Origin: Candidatus Bathyarchaeia archaeon
GTDB taxonomy: Archaea > Thermoproteota > Bathyarchaeia > Bathyarchaeales > Bathycorpusculaceae
DNA: 64,000 nt
NCBI GenBank assembly: GCA_049512075.1
Contig: JBEKXL010000001.1
Location: forward strand, 128,001-192,000
Direction: 5' to 3'
Below are positions 48,271-58,187 of this stretch, one piece after another. The stretch's first letter is position 1. Each line of letters begins with the position of its first letter. Both the position numbers and the translations under genes were made by a program. The notes beneath the pieces are model-generated. The model ran no database searches. It was not told where the DNA came from and worked only from the letters and a program-made list of their open reading frames with translations.

Positions 48271-49863
48271 TTACCCTGTTGGCGCCACTATCTGTTGAAG
48301 ATTCCCAAAGGCTCCGCCAAACGATACGTTCATCATGGTTTGAGCACCAATCCACGCGGCGCCGCTCAGAATAAGCAGGATTCCGGCGTACATGAGACTA
48401 CTGCCCCAGAACCCACCTCGAGCCTCCTTCAGAGTCAGTGAATTGAGAATCGTTATGAGCAGTATCATAAAGACGTTTCCCATGTTGATCACATCTGTGG
48501 GTATCGACCCGAACGTGAAGTATGGTACTGACGTTAGAGTTTGAGAGAAGTACTTCGTCATGAAAGTCAGGATAGTTAGAAGAGCGACTGTAATTGGTTG
48601 AAGAAGGAATGTTGTGGTTTCTATCGTCTTTACTACTGCCTCCCGTTTCTTCCGAAACTCTAGATTCTTAACACAGTTGTTACCCAAGATTTTTCCCACC
48701 TCCAGCAGATCGGCACCATAGTTGAAGGCGTCAAGGAAAATCTTGTTCGTCATATAGACAGTGTGTGATGCCGCCTCTGAAGATAGAAGACTCAAGGTCT
48801 TCGCGTTGTCTACACCAATCTTGACTCTTGCGTAAGCCCGCTTCAATAGGTCTTTGAGACGACCAAGTTCAAGATAAAGCACATAGGAAAGAGCGTTTTG
48901 CAAACTCGATGATGACGCCATGTTTTCGCCGAGGCCCTTGATTAGCGTAGGGTAGTTTTCATTGACTCCTATAACGAATGTCTCAAACCTGTAAGCGAAA
49001 TATCCCGGAAGCAGAAACGCCAAGCCGCATACAAAAAAGCCGTAGGGGTAGCCGAATATTATGCTAACCAGGACCGCTGGTACTATGCATGCAAAAGCGA
49101 TGGGCAGAGCCACTCTGAAGCGTGTGTACAGTTTGGGTGGCATATCCTTGTCAATGTGAATTAGAACGTCCTTAGGCACGACTGTTCTGAGGCCAAGATA
49201 CATCACTATTAAGACTGCAGAGGCCACGAAGTATCCGAAATAGACGAGGTTGGGTTCATTTGTGAAGACGACGAGGATGTCTAGTATCATGATTAGGAAT
49301 GTTGATACGCTTGAGAAGGTACTGTAGACGCCGCCAAGCATGTCGATAGACTTTATTGCCCTATCGTAATAGCCTGAATATTCTTCAATCATCGTGGACG
49401 ATTCTAGCTCCAAGTAACCCTTAGGGTGCGTTGACGAAAAAGCCTGCAGGCATCTGATCAGAACGTCTTTGAATGGCGCCTTGGTAGTATTGGCCATTTC
49501 AGAGGTGGCTTTGGTAATTCCGTAGCCGTATTCCTTTGCTAACTTGCGGATTCCGCTGAAGATTTCACTGTAGTAACCGTAGTCCTTTGTTTCTGCAATG
49601 ATTTTGACAAGGTCATCTGGCGTAATTTCACCGTGGGAAACCGCGTACATGTGAATTAGCAGCGAAACGAGTTGTTGATCGATTCTGGTGGGAATCCTTT
49701 TCCTAATGTAAAATAGGAGAAACACAACCGTGCCAGCTACAGCGTTTACCGCAATAAGACTTACAACATCACCTCTAACAACCAGATACGCTGAAACTAG
49801 GATGTTAATGACCAGAATTAGTGCTATCTGCCGCTTCTTCATAGAACCTAGTCTGACAGCCAT
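48271..49863 (-). CDS. arlJ: Archaellum membrane platform protein
   Basis: Multi-TM T2SS-F-like layout, DYGYYS motif, directly downstream of arlI. Confidence 0.88.
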   Translation of the reverse strand: MAVRLGSMKKRQIALILVINILVSAYLVVRGDVVSLIAVNAVAGTVVFLLFYIRKRIPTRIDQQLVSLLIHMYAVSHGEITPDDLVKIIAETKDYGYYSEIFSGIRKLAKEYGYGITKATSEMANTTKAPFKDVLIRCLQAFSSTHPKGYLELESSTMIEEYSGYYDRAIKSIDMLGGVYSTFSSVSTFLIMILDILVVFTNEPNLVYFGYFVASAVLIVMYLGLRTVVPKDVLIHIDKDMPPKLYTRFRVALPIAFACIVPAVLVSIIFGYPYGFFVCGLAFLLPGYFAYRFETFVIGVNENYPTLIKGLGENMASSSSLQNALSYVLYLELGRLKDLLKRAYARVKIGVDNAKTLSLLSSEAASHTVYMTNKIFLDAFNYGADLLEVGKILGNNCVKNLEFRKKREAVVKTIETTTFLLQPITVALLTILTFMTKYFSQTLTSVPYFTFGSIPTDVINMGNVFMILLITILNSLTLKEARGGFWGSSLMYAGILLILSGAAWIGAQTMMNVSFGGAFGNLQQIVAPTG

Positions 49864-51593
49864 GTAAATTGACCCTCTTTGACTTTTCTGTAGACTTCTT
49901 CCACGCCGACATTCCCAACTTCTATTACTGTGTTCCAGACATCTTTGAATCTCGGATGCTTGTCAGCCAAGGCTCCCAGGATTCCCGCGCGCATCTTGAG
50001 CTCTTCATACAACTCTGGAAGCCTTTCTGCGGGCCAGCCTCTGTAAGGAAGAATCTTTGCTTCCATCAGGAAACTCGTACCTGAAAAGCGCAGCAAGTCT
50101 TCGTCTGAATCAAAGGTGAAGATGGGCAAGAAGTTGAGTTGGCCTTCTTCTGAATCGTAGTTTATGATCTCATTGACGGAAGTTACTCTTCTAACCAGTT
50201 TGAGTCCCCTCTTGATCCTGTTCTGAAAAATAGCTACGTTCAGACCGTTCATGTGGGACTTCGGAACGTCTATTGGCGATGAGGTCAACCTTTGAAAAAG
50301 CGTCTGCAAGTCTCCGGCGTGTATAGTGGAAACCACGGGGTGACCAGTCTCGATAGCTTGAAATGCTATCTGGCCTTCCTCACCCCTAATCTCTCCCACA
50401 ATTATCTGATCTGGCCTCTGCCTCAGAGCCGCCTTCAGAAGGTCAAACATAGTCACTTTGCTTCCGGTGTGCAGCCGAGTGACCTCTCTTACCCAGTTTC
50501 TGTGAGCCAAGTTCACCTCAGGCGTTTCTTCAATGCTCACAATCTTTGCATCTGGCTTTATGAGCCCTACGAAAGCGTTCAGACTAGTTGTCTTTCCTGA
50601 CGCAGTTTCTCCGCACATGAAGAAAGAAATTCCCACCTCTAGAAGAATCCACATGTAAGCCGCAAGTTCAGCGGACATGGTTCTCCACTTAATACAGTGC
50701 GCCACCGAGATCGGTTCTTTCGGAAACTTCCTTATCGTGAAGTTGCTTCCTTTGATGCTTATGTCTTCGCCGAAAACAATGTTAAACCTAGACCCGTCGT
50801 CCAAGTGTACGTCCAGAATCGGGTTAGTGTAACTTAAAACTTTGCCGTGTCTTTCAGCCAATCCTCTCAAAAGGCTTTCTCCATCTTCCAGAGAGATATC
50901 GGTGTTACTTTCGAGGGCGCCGAAGAACTTGTGATACACATATACGTGGCCCGCGCCAGGCACACTTATGTCCTCGAGCCACGGATCTGCCAAGAAATCG
51001 TCAAGCACGCCGTGGCCCACTTTTTCTCTTAAGAAGTGATACAGAACACTCCTTTGTTTGCCTGGAGGCAACTTCAGTATTTTCTTCTTGACCGCTTCTT
51101 TGAACAGTTTCTCAATGAGCCTTTCCTTTTCCTTAGCACCCTCCGCGACCATTGTGTTTTCTGTTATTGCCTTTGCAATTGCATCTTCAACTTGTTCTAG
51201 AATCTTTCTGGGCGGTTTTTCAGGCTCGATGATGTTGTACTTACCGTATTCTCCTCCAAATTTTATGTGAATGAATGCGCCCAGCCCGATCGGATAGACG
51301 AGGTCCAACACCAATGCTGCGGACATCAAGTCAGCGTCGGTCCCAACCTGGCTCGGGTCGATGACGTATTCGGGTGTGATGCCCGTAGTCTCCGTGTATG
51401 TCTTCAAATAAGGATATTTCTCGTAGGCCTCTTCAAGAGTCTTCGGCACTTCCAAGTCGTATAAACTCACAAACTTTGCCTTTTCACTCTTCTTTTTCTC
51501 CTCGCTCTTTAGGACTTGGACCGTGTTCTGACTCGCATTCTGACCTGCATTTTGGCTAGGCTTAGCCTTTGGCTGAGAGAAGGGACTTTTCAT
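49848..51593 (-). CDS. arlI: Archaellum motor/assembly ATPase
   Basis: DPWLEDISVPG, GETASGKTT, SIEETPE, ALRQRPDQIIVGEIRG, GHPVVSTIHA. Confidence 0.95.
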   Translation of the reverse strand: MKSPFSQPKAKPSQNAGQNASQNTVQVLKSEEKKKSEKAKFVSLYDLEVPKTLEEAYEKYPYLKTYTETTGITPEYVIDPSQVGTDADLMSAALVLDLVYPIGLGAFIHIKFGGEYGKYNIIEPEKPPRKILEQVEDAIAKAITENTMVAEGAKEKERLIEKLFKEAVKKKILKLPPGKQRSVLYHFLREKVGHGVLDDFLADPWLEDISVPGAGHVYVYHKFFGALESNTDISLEDGESLLRGLAERHGKVLSYTNPILDVHLDDGSRFNIVFGEDISIKGSNFTIRKFPKEPISVAHCIKWRTMSAELAAYMWILLEVGISFFMCGETASGKTTSLNAFVGLIKPDAKIVSIEETPEVNLAHRNWVREVTRLHTGSKVTMFDLLKAALRQRPDQIIVGEIRGEEGQIAFQAIETGHPVVSTIHAGDLQTLFQRLTSSPIDVPKSHMNGLNVAIFQNRIKRGLKLVRRVTSVNEIINYDSEEGQLNFLPIFTFDSDEDLLRFSGTSFLMEAKILPYRGWPAERLPELYEELKMRAGILGALADKHPRFKDVWNTVIEVGNVGVEEVYRKVKEGQFTWLSD

Positions 51594-52295
51594 TTAGACC
51601 TTTACACCACCAAGAGGCAGTACTCTTAGGCCGAGGTGCGGGTTGACTTCCAAGCTCACTGATTCTTTCCTGTCACCAGTGGTTCCCCACAGTTTGACTA
51701 TTTTCAGCACCTTAACCTGAACACCTGCAACTTTCGCGTTCGAAATGCGCAAGTATACATCTGATGATGCCTTGAGCTTCATGCTAGAATTTTCGGGTAG
51801 GAAATTCGGATGGAAGGTCAGGATTATTGTTTTCCCGATTGAAACTAGGTTCTTCATCCTTGTGACAAAGGTCAAAAACACGTGTGGAGGAGTGTCTGCC
51901 GCTAACATGCTGAGACTGTCAATGATGATGAGGTCGTATCGTTTCTTGTACATCTCCAGAAAGTTTCTCGTGACTTTGAAGAACATTGATGACAGAAACT
52001 GGCTCCATTTGCCTCCCTCGACGTGTAACGCGAATACATCCAGTTTTGCACTTACATAGTAGGGGTACGGATCTATTTTTATGGATTTCATCATAGCAAG
52101 GTATTCTTTGGCCGTCGTCTCGCTGGTTATCACGCAGACTCTAAAGCCTGCTTTCAATGCAGAGTACCCTATCTGCTGGGTGACTGCAGTTTTTCCAGAA
52201 CCAAAATCCCCTTCAATCGACGCTAGGCAAGGATATGGGAAACCTCCGCCTAGAGCCTTATCAAGATCTCTTATACCTAATGATATTACATTCAT
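51594..52295 (-). CDS. arlH: Archaellum RecA/KaiC-like ATP-binding protein
   Basis: LDKALGGGFP, EGDFGSGKT, IIIDSLS, ILTFHP, VNPHLGLRV. Confidence 0.92.
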   Translation of the reverse strand: MNVISLGIRDLDKALGGGFPYPCLASIEGDFGSGKTAVTQQIGYSALKAGFRVCVITSETTAKEYLAMMKSIKIDPYPYYVSAKLDVFALHVEGGKWSQFLSSMFFKVTRNFLEMYKKRYDLIIIDSLSMLAADTPPHVFLTFVTRMKNLVSIGKTIILTFHPNFLPENSSMKLKASSDVYLRISNAKVAGVQVKVLKIVKLWGTTGDRKESVSLEVNPHLGLRVLPLGGVKV

Positions 52296-52540
52296 GCATG
52301 AACTCCCTCTAACACTCTTGAATTCTCCTTCATGGATCCGAAGTCACACTGCAGGGGCATAAGGCGGTCGAACAGTCGAAACATCTCTCGGATCGTCACC
52401 TTCCATGCCTCTTCGGGTCACATTAGATTTCTTTTCTTAGTCAGACTTCGACTTCGAATCCAGATTGTCAGTTCACAAGCTTCGACGAAACAGCTATTTG
52501 ACCCTTCTGAACCACAAATACATATTGACAATTCAGGTTG

Positions 52541-54229
52541 CTAATTTTCTTCTCTTGAGCGATGCTTTTCTCTGAATGCGACGATAAGCAACGTCATTAT
52601 GATGAATAAAAATGCAGCTTCCAATGGAGGAAACTCCGGCACAACCGCATATATGTAGTATTGTCCTTGATTGTCTCCGATTTTTTCGTTTCCAGCGTTG
52701 TCATACGCGAGTATTCTGTATTCCACTCGAGTATTTGCTTGTTGCCCTGGAACGGTGCACTCATACAACCCTGTTGTAGAATTGAAAGACATTTGGGCGT
52801 CAAACCAAGTGTTGTTGTTTATGGTGTACGACAATGTGACACTTTTAATACCGCTTCCAGGATCGGTAACGTTCACCAAGATTTTTGTTCCTTGAGCGGG
52901 TTGAACTTCATTTTCGGGCATGCGCGATTCGTTTTCAATCAGGGGAACCGTCGTTTCCAGTGTCACATTGGCCGAATAAGCGTCGGAAACCAGACCCGCA
53001 TTGTCCATAAACTGGACATAGACTGTTTTTGGCCCGTCACCGGAGGCAAGCATCCAGTTACTTGAAGAATTGAAGGTTCCCCAATCCGACCAGGTCATGT
53101 TGTCATTGCTGAACCGCATTTGGGCAACAGCTGAAATGGCGTCACTTGCAGAAAGCGCCAAGATCACCGATGTTGAGTTCACATAGGCCGCATTCCCATT
53201 GACAAATATGGAACCGTTAGGCGGAGTCCTATCCAGTTTTATGCCTGTCAGGAGGTTGTGCGGAAGTTCTTCGTGCCCCGAATTGTCCGTGCTCCAGTAC
53301 TCCAGCGTATTGTTGGCGCTTTCCACGCTGATTTGCGGTTGACCGCTTGTGCTTACGTTCTGGATTGGCCCGTTGTCGATCCGATAATACGTTTCTGCCA
53401 CACCACTTTCACCGTCAAATGCCATCAGTGTTATAGTAAAACCTGTGGTGTGCCACAATCCATCATAATTGTCAAAAGTAGAGGGCAAGGTTGAATTTTT
53501 CACGACTACGAAAGTGACAGAGTCTTCGATAGGATTCCCAGCGACAATAGACTTAGCAGTACAGTGAAATACACCTTCTTCAGATGGCAAAATTAGAAAA
53601 ACAGTTACTCGCCCGTAAACATCTGTTAGGTTGTTTTGACTGCTTAAGAGGGTTCCGTTGGGGCCAAATACTTGGAACAAAACACTCATTCCGGGCACGG
53701 GACTGCTATCATTGCTTATGCTGGCCATAAATGAAGCCTGTTCTCCCAAGCTGTAGGATTGCTTGTCGCTTGTCACGTGGACCTCATAGGTATCGATGCG
53801 GTACAAAGCAACGAAATAGATGTCTATCGGGGGTGCACCAGTATCGTTTTCATAATTCACAAAAGTGAAATACCACCGATCCGTGGCTGGAATAACGAAC
53901 GTTCTATTCAAGAATGAAGTCGAGCTGTTCCATTCTGAGGAAACCGTCAGCCAACGGGTTGAGTTGCTCATTTCAAAGTCCCAAGAATTCTGGCAATAGA
54001 AGTCTATTGTTCTTGAAGCATTGAACGCAATTTTCACGTTGGTTCCGCCGTTTAGGGGTATGCTAGAAAAATTGTAGTGCATTGATGCCACATAATATGA
54101 ATCTGTAAAGATTGTGGTCTCTATCGCAATTGTGGAGGCTGATTTGGCCCTTTGGATGTTCGATCCGATAATTAGAATACTAATCAAAATCAGTGTGCAC
54201 GTTGCCCCGTATAGCTTTGGTTTCGACAA
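52541..54229 (-). CDS. Secreted multi-Ig-domain surface protein with PEF-CTERM-like anchor
   Basis: Signal peptide; DGESGVAETYY...LEYWSTDNSG and YVQFMDNAG Ig-like repeats; C-terminal VVPEFPP, TM helix and basic tail. Confidence 0.85.
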   Translation of the reverse strand: MSKPKLYGATCTLILISILIIGSNIQRAKSASTIAIETTIFTDSYYVASMHYNFSSIPLNGGTNVKIAFNASRTIDFYCQNSWDFEMSNSTRWLTVSSEWNSSTSFLNRTFVIPATDRWYFTFVNYENDTGAPPIDIYFVALYRIDTYEVHVTSDKQSYSLGEQASFMASISNDSSPVPGMSVLFQVFGPNGTLLSSQNNLTDVYGRVTVFLILPSEEGVFHCTAKSIVAGNPIEDSVTFVVVKNSTLPSTFDNYDGLWHTTGFTITLMAFDGESGVAETYYRIDNGPIQNVSTSGQPQISVESANNTLEYWSTDNSGHEELPHNLLTGIKLDRTPPNGSIFVNGNAAYVNSTSVILALSASDAISAVAQMRFSNDNMTWSDWGTFNSSSNWMLASGDGPKTVYVQFMDNAGLVSDAYSANVTLETTVPLIENESRMPENEVQPAQGTKILVNVTDPGSGIKSVTLSYTINNNTWFDAQMSFNSTTGLYECTVPGQQANTRVEYRILAYDNAGNEKIGDNQGQYYIYAVVPEFPPLEAAFLFIIMTLLIVAFREKHRSREEN

Positions 54230-54408
54230 TTTCTTTTTTCTGCCTAGTTAGAGTAGTAATGTCGGCAGATATATTTTGCGACTTTTCCCACCTGCTAGCA
54301 TATTGGCGTACAGTCAATCGTTCATACCAAGAATGGGCGGTGAGGAAAGAAGTAGAAATAGATGATTTGCTTGTATCTGTCTGACTGTCTCCTGCGCACA
54401 AGTAGCCA

Positions 54409-54993
54409 CTAGCCAACGAGGCCTCCGCCAACGATGTATCCGCCTAGCCCGGATGCGTGCGCTATTTGTTCACCATAGGTTAGTACTAGGACTTCTTGTC
54501 TGGCAGTGACGCCGTAGTGAGACGCGAAGACAACGTTAACGACGCTCCCAAGCTGAATATCAGGAGCGCCTGATGGCAGATCTACCTGAATAAGTGCTTG
54601 TTCGCCAGGTTTGATGCTCTGATGAGACGTAACGTCAAACGATTCGTTGGTGCCGATAGCATTGATGGCCAAAACGGCATAGTTGTCTACCAAGTATGCT
54701 TGCCAATCGGTATTGTTGTACGTGACTATTACACTGTTCCACGCGAACGTCTCATTTCTCAGGAATATGTCCCTCGAGCCAGTGTTTTGAACAGAAAAAT
54801 TGAGCGATCTGCTTTCTACACTTGCGATTGCGAGGCCGAGCTGAACATTGAGTCTGACGTCATCACTTGACGGTGAGTTAACTAGGGTCCCTACGTTGTT
54901 CAAGGTAGTAAGCAACGCGGTTGAAATCGCCCCGACGAAAGCTATCCAACCCACCAGAACAATCGCTGAAGCTATTGACACCGAGAGCCCCAT
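54409..54993 (-). CDS. arlF: Archaellum stator protein F
   Basis: MGLSVSIASAIV N-terminal anchor, VQNTGS, IKPGEQA; locus context. Confidence 0.8.
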   Translation of the reverse strand: MGLSVSIASAIVLVGWIAFVGAISTALLTTLNNVGTLVNSPSSDDVRLNVQLGLAIASVESRSLNFSVQNTGSRDIFLRNETFAWNSVIVTYNNTDWQAYLVDNYAVLAINAIGTNESFDVTSHQSIKPGEQALIQVDLPSGAPDIQLGSVVNVVFASHYGVTARQEVLVLTYGEQIAHASGLGGYIVGGGLVG

Positions 54994-55007
54994 TGATGGT
55001 CACCGTT

Positions 55008-55505
55008 CTAGGGAGGTGAAAACATGTAGCTGCTAGGGATTCCCCTGTAAGGGACGACCTTTGCCTCGTAAAGGTTGCCAGACACGTTTGTCGCGTTGTA
55101 AACCTGTATGATGGCGGCTTCTCCTACCTGAACGACACCGTTTCCGTCTGCGTCAGTCATATTGAACATTCCACTTCCCGTTGTCGCGCTTGCGTTGTAA
55201 GAGTACAACATAGCCTGACCGTAAGCACCGACGTAGACACTGATCAGTTCAAAGTCTGACATTGGAAGACTTCCAGTGTTCTTTGCGTATATCGTGAACA
55301 GTGGACTTGGATTCGATGTCTGGTTAACGACGGCGTAGACTATGTCCAACTGCGTGTTCATGTTCTTCTTAGCGGCGTCAAGGTTTTGCATTATGTTACT
55401 CTGAAGCGACGTCCCAGCGTATATCGCGTAGGCTGCAAAGCCGCTTGCCATAACGACTGATGCGATAACCATGATTGCTTCGGTTATTGTAAGCGAAAAC
55501 CCCAT
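55008..55505 (-). CDS. arlG: Archaellum stator protein G
   Basis: ITEAIMVIASVVMA, YAKNTGS, VQVGEAAII; locus context. Confidence 0.85.
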   Translation of the reverse strand: MGFSLTITEAIMVIASVVMASGFAAYAIYAGTSLQSNIMQNLDAAKKNMNTQLDIVYAVVNQTSNPSPLFTIYAKNTGSLPMSDFELISVYVGAYGQAMLYSYNASATTGSGMFNMTDADGNGVVQVGEAAIIQVYNATNVSGNLYEAKVVPYRGIPSSYMFSPP

Positions 55506-56351
55506 TTATGGCTCTGCCGCCTTGCATTTCTTTAAGACACGCATTATCAGCCCGCTCAGATCCTGTGGGTCCGTCTTCGCGCCGGAAGCATGTGCTGCAC
55601 CATAGATGATGAGAATCACTTCTTCGGCTGATAGGTTCTGAGATCTTGCTCTGACGACGGCGCCAACCAAGTTTGACACGTGCTCACTGTAACCTTTGGG
55701 CATTAAATCGGAGAACTCGCAATAGTCACATATTCTGTGTATGCTCTCTTCGTCAAAACCCAAGTCCAACATCGTATAAACCCACTGTACAATTGAAGTT
55801 CCTTTGTTCACACTGCCCATTCCTTCTAGGGGATTATCAGTCATTCTTTCTTTCCCTCCTATTTCTCCAACTTGTTTTTCCGTAGTGAACTTGTTTTCAG
55901 GCTTCTCGATTTCAGGGACTGAAGGAAAGCTAGCAGCATCTTTGGTGTCAACGTAGCTCTCCACGGCGAACCCAGCCTCTTCGGCCTTTTTGGGCTCGCA
56001 TGCAGCAGGCATCTGCGTTTCTGAAGCACTCTTTGCTTCGAGTTTTCCTGCTGCTTGTCCTTTTGCTAAGAGCTTATTCTCAATAATCGGTTTTGCTTGA
56101 ACTACCTTGTTGAGGTCTTCCTCGCTCGTGATAAGCTGCAAAAGATTGAACGGGTTCTGAGACTCACTCAGAAGACTTCGAATGTCCACAATCGTATTCT
56201 TCAAATCTTCAACCGTGTTCTTGAGCGTCATGAAAGTATCAACATCGGACTTGAGCTTCTTGACATCCTTCTCAACCTCCCCAATCCTCCCATTCTCGTT
56301 CGCACCAGCATTTGGAGCCCCACTCGCTGCCACATTCGGATTTTCACTCAT
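55506..56351 (-). CDS. ArlC/D/E-like archaellum accessory protein
   Basis: N-terminal coiled coil ending SESQNPF; C-terminal IVQWVYTMLDLG...IHRICDYCEFSDLM resembling the ArlD/E domain; GGTGA RBS. Confidence 0.7.
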   Translation of the reverse strand: MSENPNVAASGAPNAGANENGRIGEVEKDVKKLKSDVDTFMTLKNTVEDLKNTIVDIRSLLSESQNPFNLLQLITSEEDLNKVVQAKPIIENKLLAKGQAAGKLEAKSASETQMPAACEPKKAEEAGFAVESYVDTKDAASFPSVPEIEKPENKFTTEKQVGEIGGKERMTDNPLEGMGSVNKGTSIVQWVYTMLDLGFDEESIHRICDYCEFSDLMPKGYSEHVSNLVGAVVRARSQNLSAEEVILIIYGAAHASGAKTDPQDLSGLIMRVLKKCKAAEP

Positions 56352-56732
56352 ACCATCACCTTCGACCTATTCAATACATGTGCTTGATCGGATTCCAACT
56401 CTAAATCCAGATTGACACTTCACAAGCCCCAAAGACCTATTTGACACTTCTGAACCTGAAATATGAATTAGTAATACAGGTTGGCAACTCTACTAAGAGC
56501 ACTCTCGAAAGCTCTCACGTTTACTGAAGACTCTGGACAATGAGAATGGGTGAATGCGAAATCAACATATGCAACTCCCACGTGTTTCAGGAATATTGTT
56601 CAACGAGAAAGATTGCAGATTTTCACAGGTGATCTTAACAGCCTCTTCATAAGGTTCATACTCGCCGCCGCGATCACAGTTGACATAGGGCGAACCACTC
56701 CCAACAAACGTTTCAAGAAGGGCTGAGTAAAA

Positions 56733-57113
56733 ATGATGGCAAAGATTACAACCATTGTCGTTTCAATCGCCATAATTGTAGGGCTAACGGCCAGTATGCT
56801 GGTTCCCCGCATAACGAATCCGACCTCTCCACAGACCCTCCTGAACAGAACGACAATTCTCACCGACGATAACTACGAAGTGGGATACCCTCTCAACCTG
56901 ACAAGAGGCGAAAGAGTTGACGCTAAGGTATCAGGCAACGGTCAACCCATCGACTTCAGAATAACGGATGACCAATCTTCAACGCTTATAGAAAAAGTAG
57001 GAGACACCTTTTATGATGTCCCCTGGCAGGCCCCGGCTGATGGGACTTACACTTTCTACATCAGTGCCTATGTAGGGGACGTCACAACGACAGTGATAGT
57101 GACCAAAACATAA
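56733..57113 (+). CDS. Small secreted beta-sandwich (GOLD-like) protein
   Basis: N-terminal TM helix; LTRGERV...IDFRIT...APADGTYTFY. Confidence 0.7.
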   Translation: MMAKITTIVVSIAIIVGLTASMLVPRITNPTSPQTLLNRTTILTDDNYEVGYPLNLTRGERVDAKVSGNGQPIDFRITDDQSSTLIEKVGDTFYDVPWQAPADGTYTFYISAYVGDVTTTVIVTKT

Positions 57114-57244
57114 CACTTCTCGTTCCAAGCTTTCCTTGTCTATTGGTCAAAAAGAGGATTGTTGATACTGAGCAAGAATTCATAAATCTCTTTAATAAAG
57201 TGGGCTAACAAGATAAAACTGAAAACCCAATACATGGTGAAATA

Positions 57245-57442
57245 ATGTCCTCGGAAGTCGTTGTCCCACGTCCAGCTGAAACCAAAAAGAACAGCGCAGG
57301 CGGAAGGTGCTTGTTATGGCGGATGTGTCCTGTCGTCACCCTAAAAGAAAAAGATTGCATCCACAAGGGCAGTCCGTCCTGCAAAGAATTCATCAGATGG
57401 CTGAACAGCTCTGAAGGCCGATACACGGGAGACCTGCGCTAA
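57245..57442 (+). CDS. Small Cys-rich hypothetical protein
   Basis: GGTGA RBS before the ATG; four Cys in 65 aa. Confidence 0.5.
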   Translation: MSSEVVVPRPAETKKNSAGGRCLLWRMCPVVTLKEKDCIHKGSPSCKEFIRWLNSSEGRYTGDLR

Positions 57443-58187
57443 ACAAAAACATTATGGCGCACAGCCGGCGGGAAACAGAAACACACGCCTGCACATCCCT
57501 TTTTCTTATTCGACAGGAGCAAATTCTCGCAAGCACAAGAACAACCAACACACTCGGACAACTCTTCAGACGGAAAACTTTTAAACATCAAATGCTAACA
57601 GACGGGAGTTTGCATTAGAAGAAAGGAGAAACAGTCCCTCCGCCCAAAATCTTTCTGAACACAAAAGGTTTTGCGTTCCATCACTTCTTGAGACCCTGAG
57701 ATCAGAACTCAGAGACTCTGAATGAAGTGAGGCTCGTTAGAGCACTTATGTCTGAAAAGCAGCATTGTTCCAGCGTCAATGCTAGAAGTGATTAAACGCA
57801 TGCGAGAGGTGTGGAGGTGACGATGAAGACGTTTATACACCTCTCGCACGGGCACCTGATCTCTTAGGCTGTGGACACATAGACGAGATAGAGTCATGGT
57901 TCACCAGTTTGGCAAGCCCGAAAGATATCTCTAATATTAATACTTAATAAATATTACCGTTGAGCCGTGCAACAGAAGCACATAGCACGAAAACAGGACA
58001 GAAAAAGCGCCGACAGGACACACAGCAGGCATCTCCCACAAAGGCGGGATGAAATGAGGCCATTTTGCGGGCGGTTTCTCGCCCGAATGATATTCCAGTG
58101 CAGAAAGTGAATCTGGATTGGGAATCAAGATTCCGTATTCATAACTGATATCAATATAGACTCGAAAAGGTGACTTCGTGATAGCCT

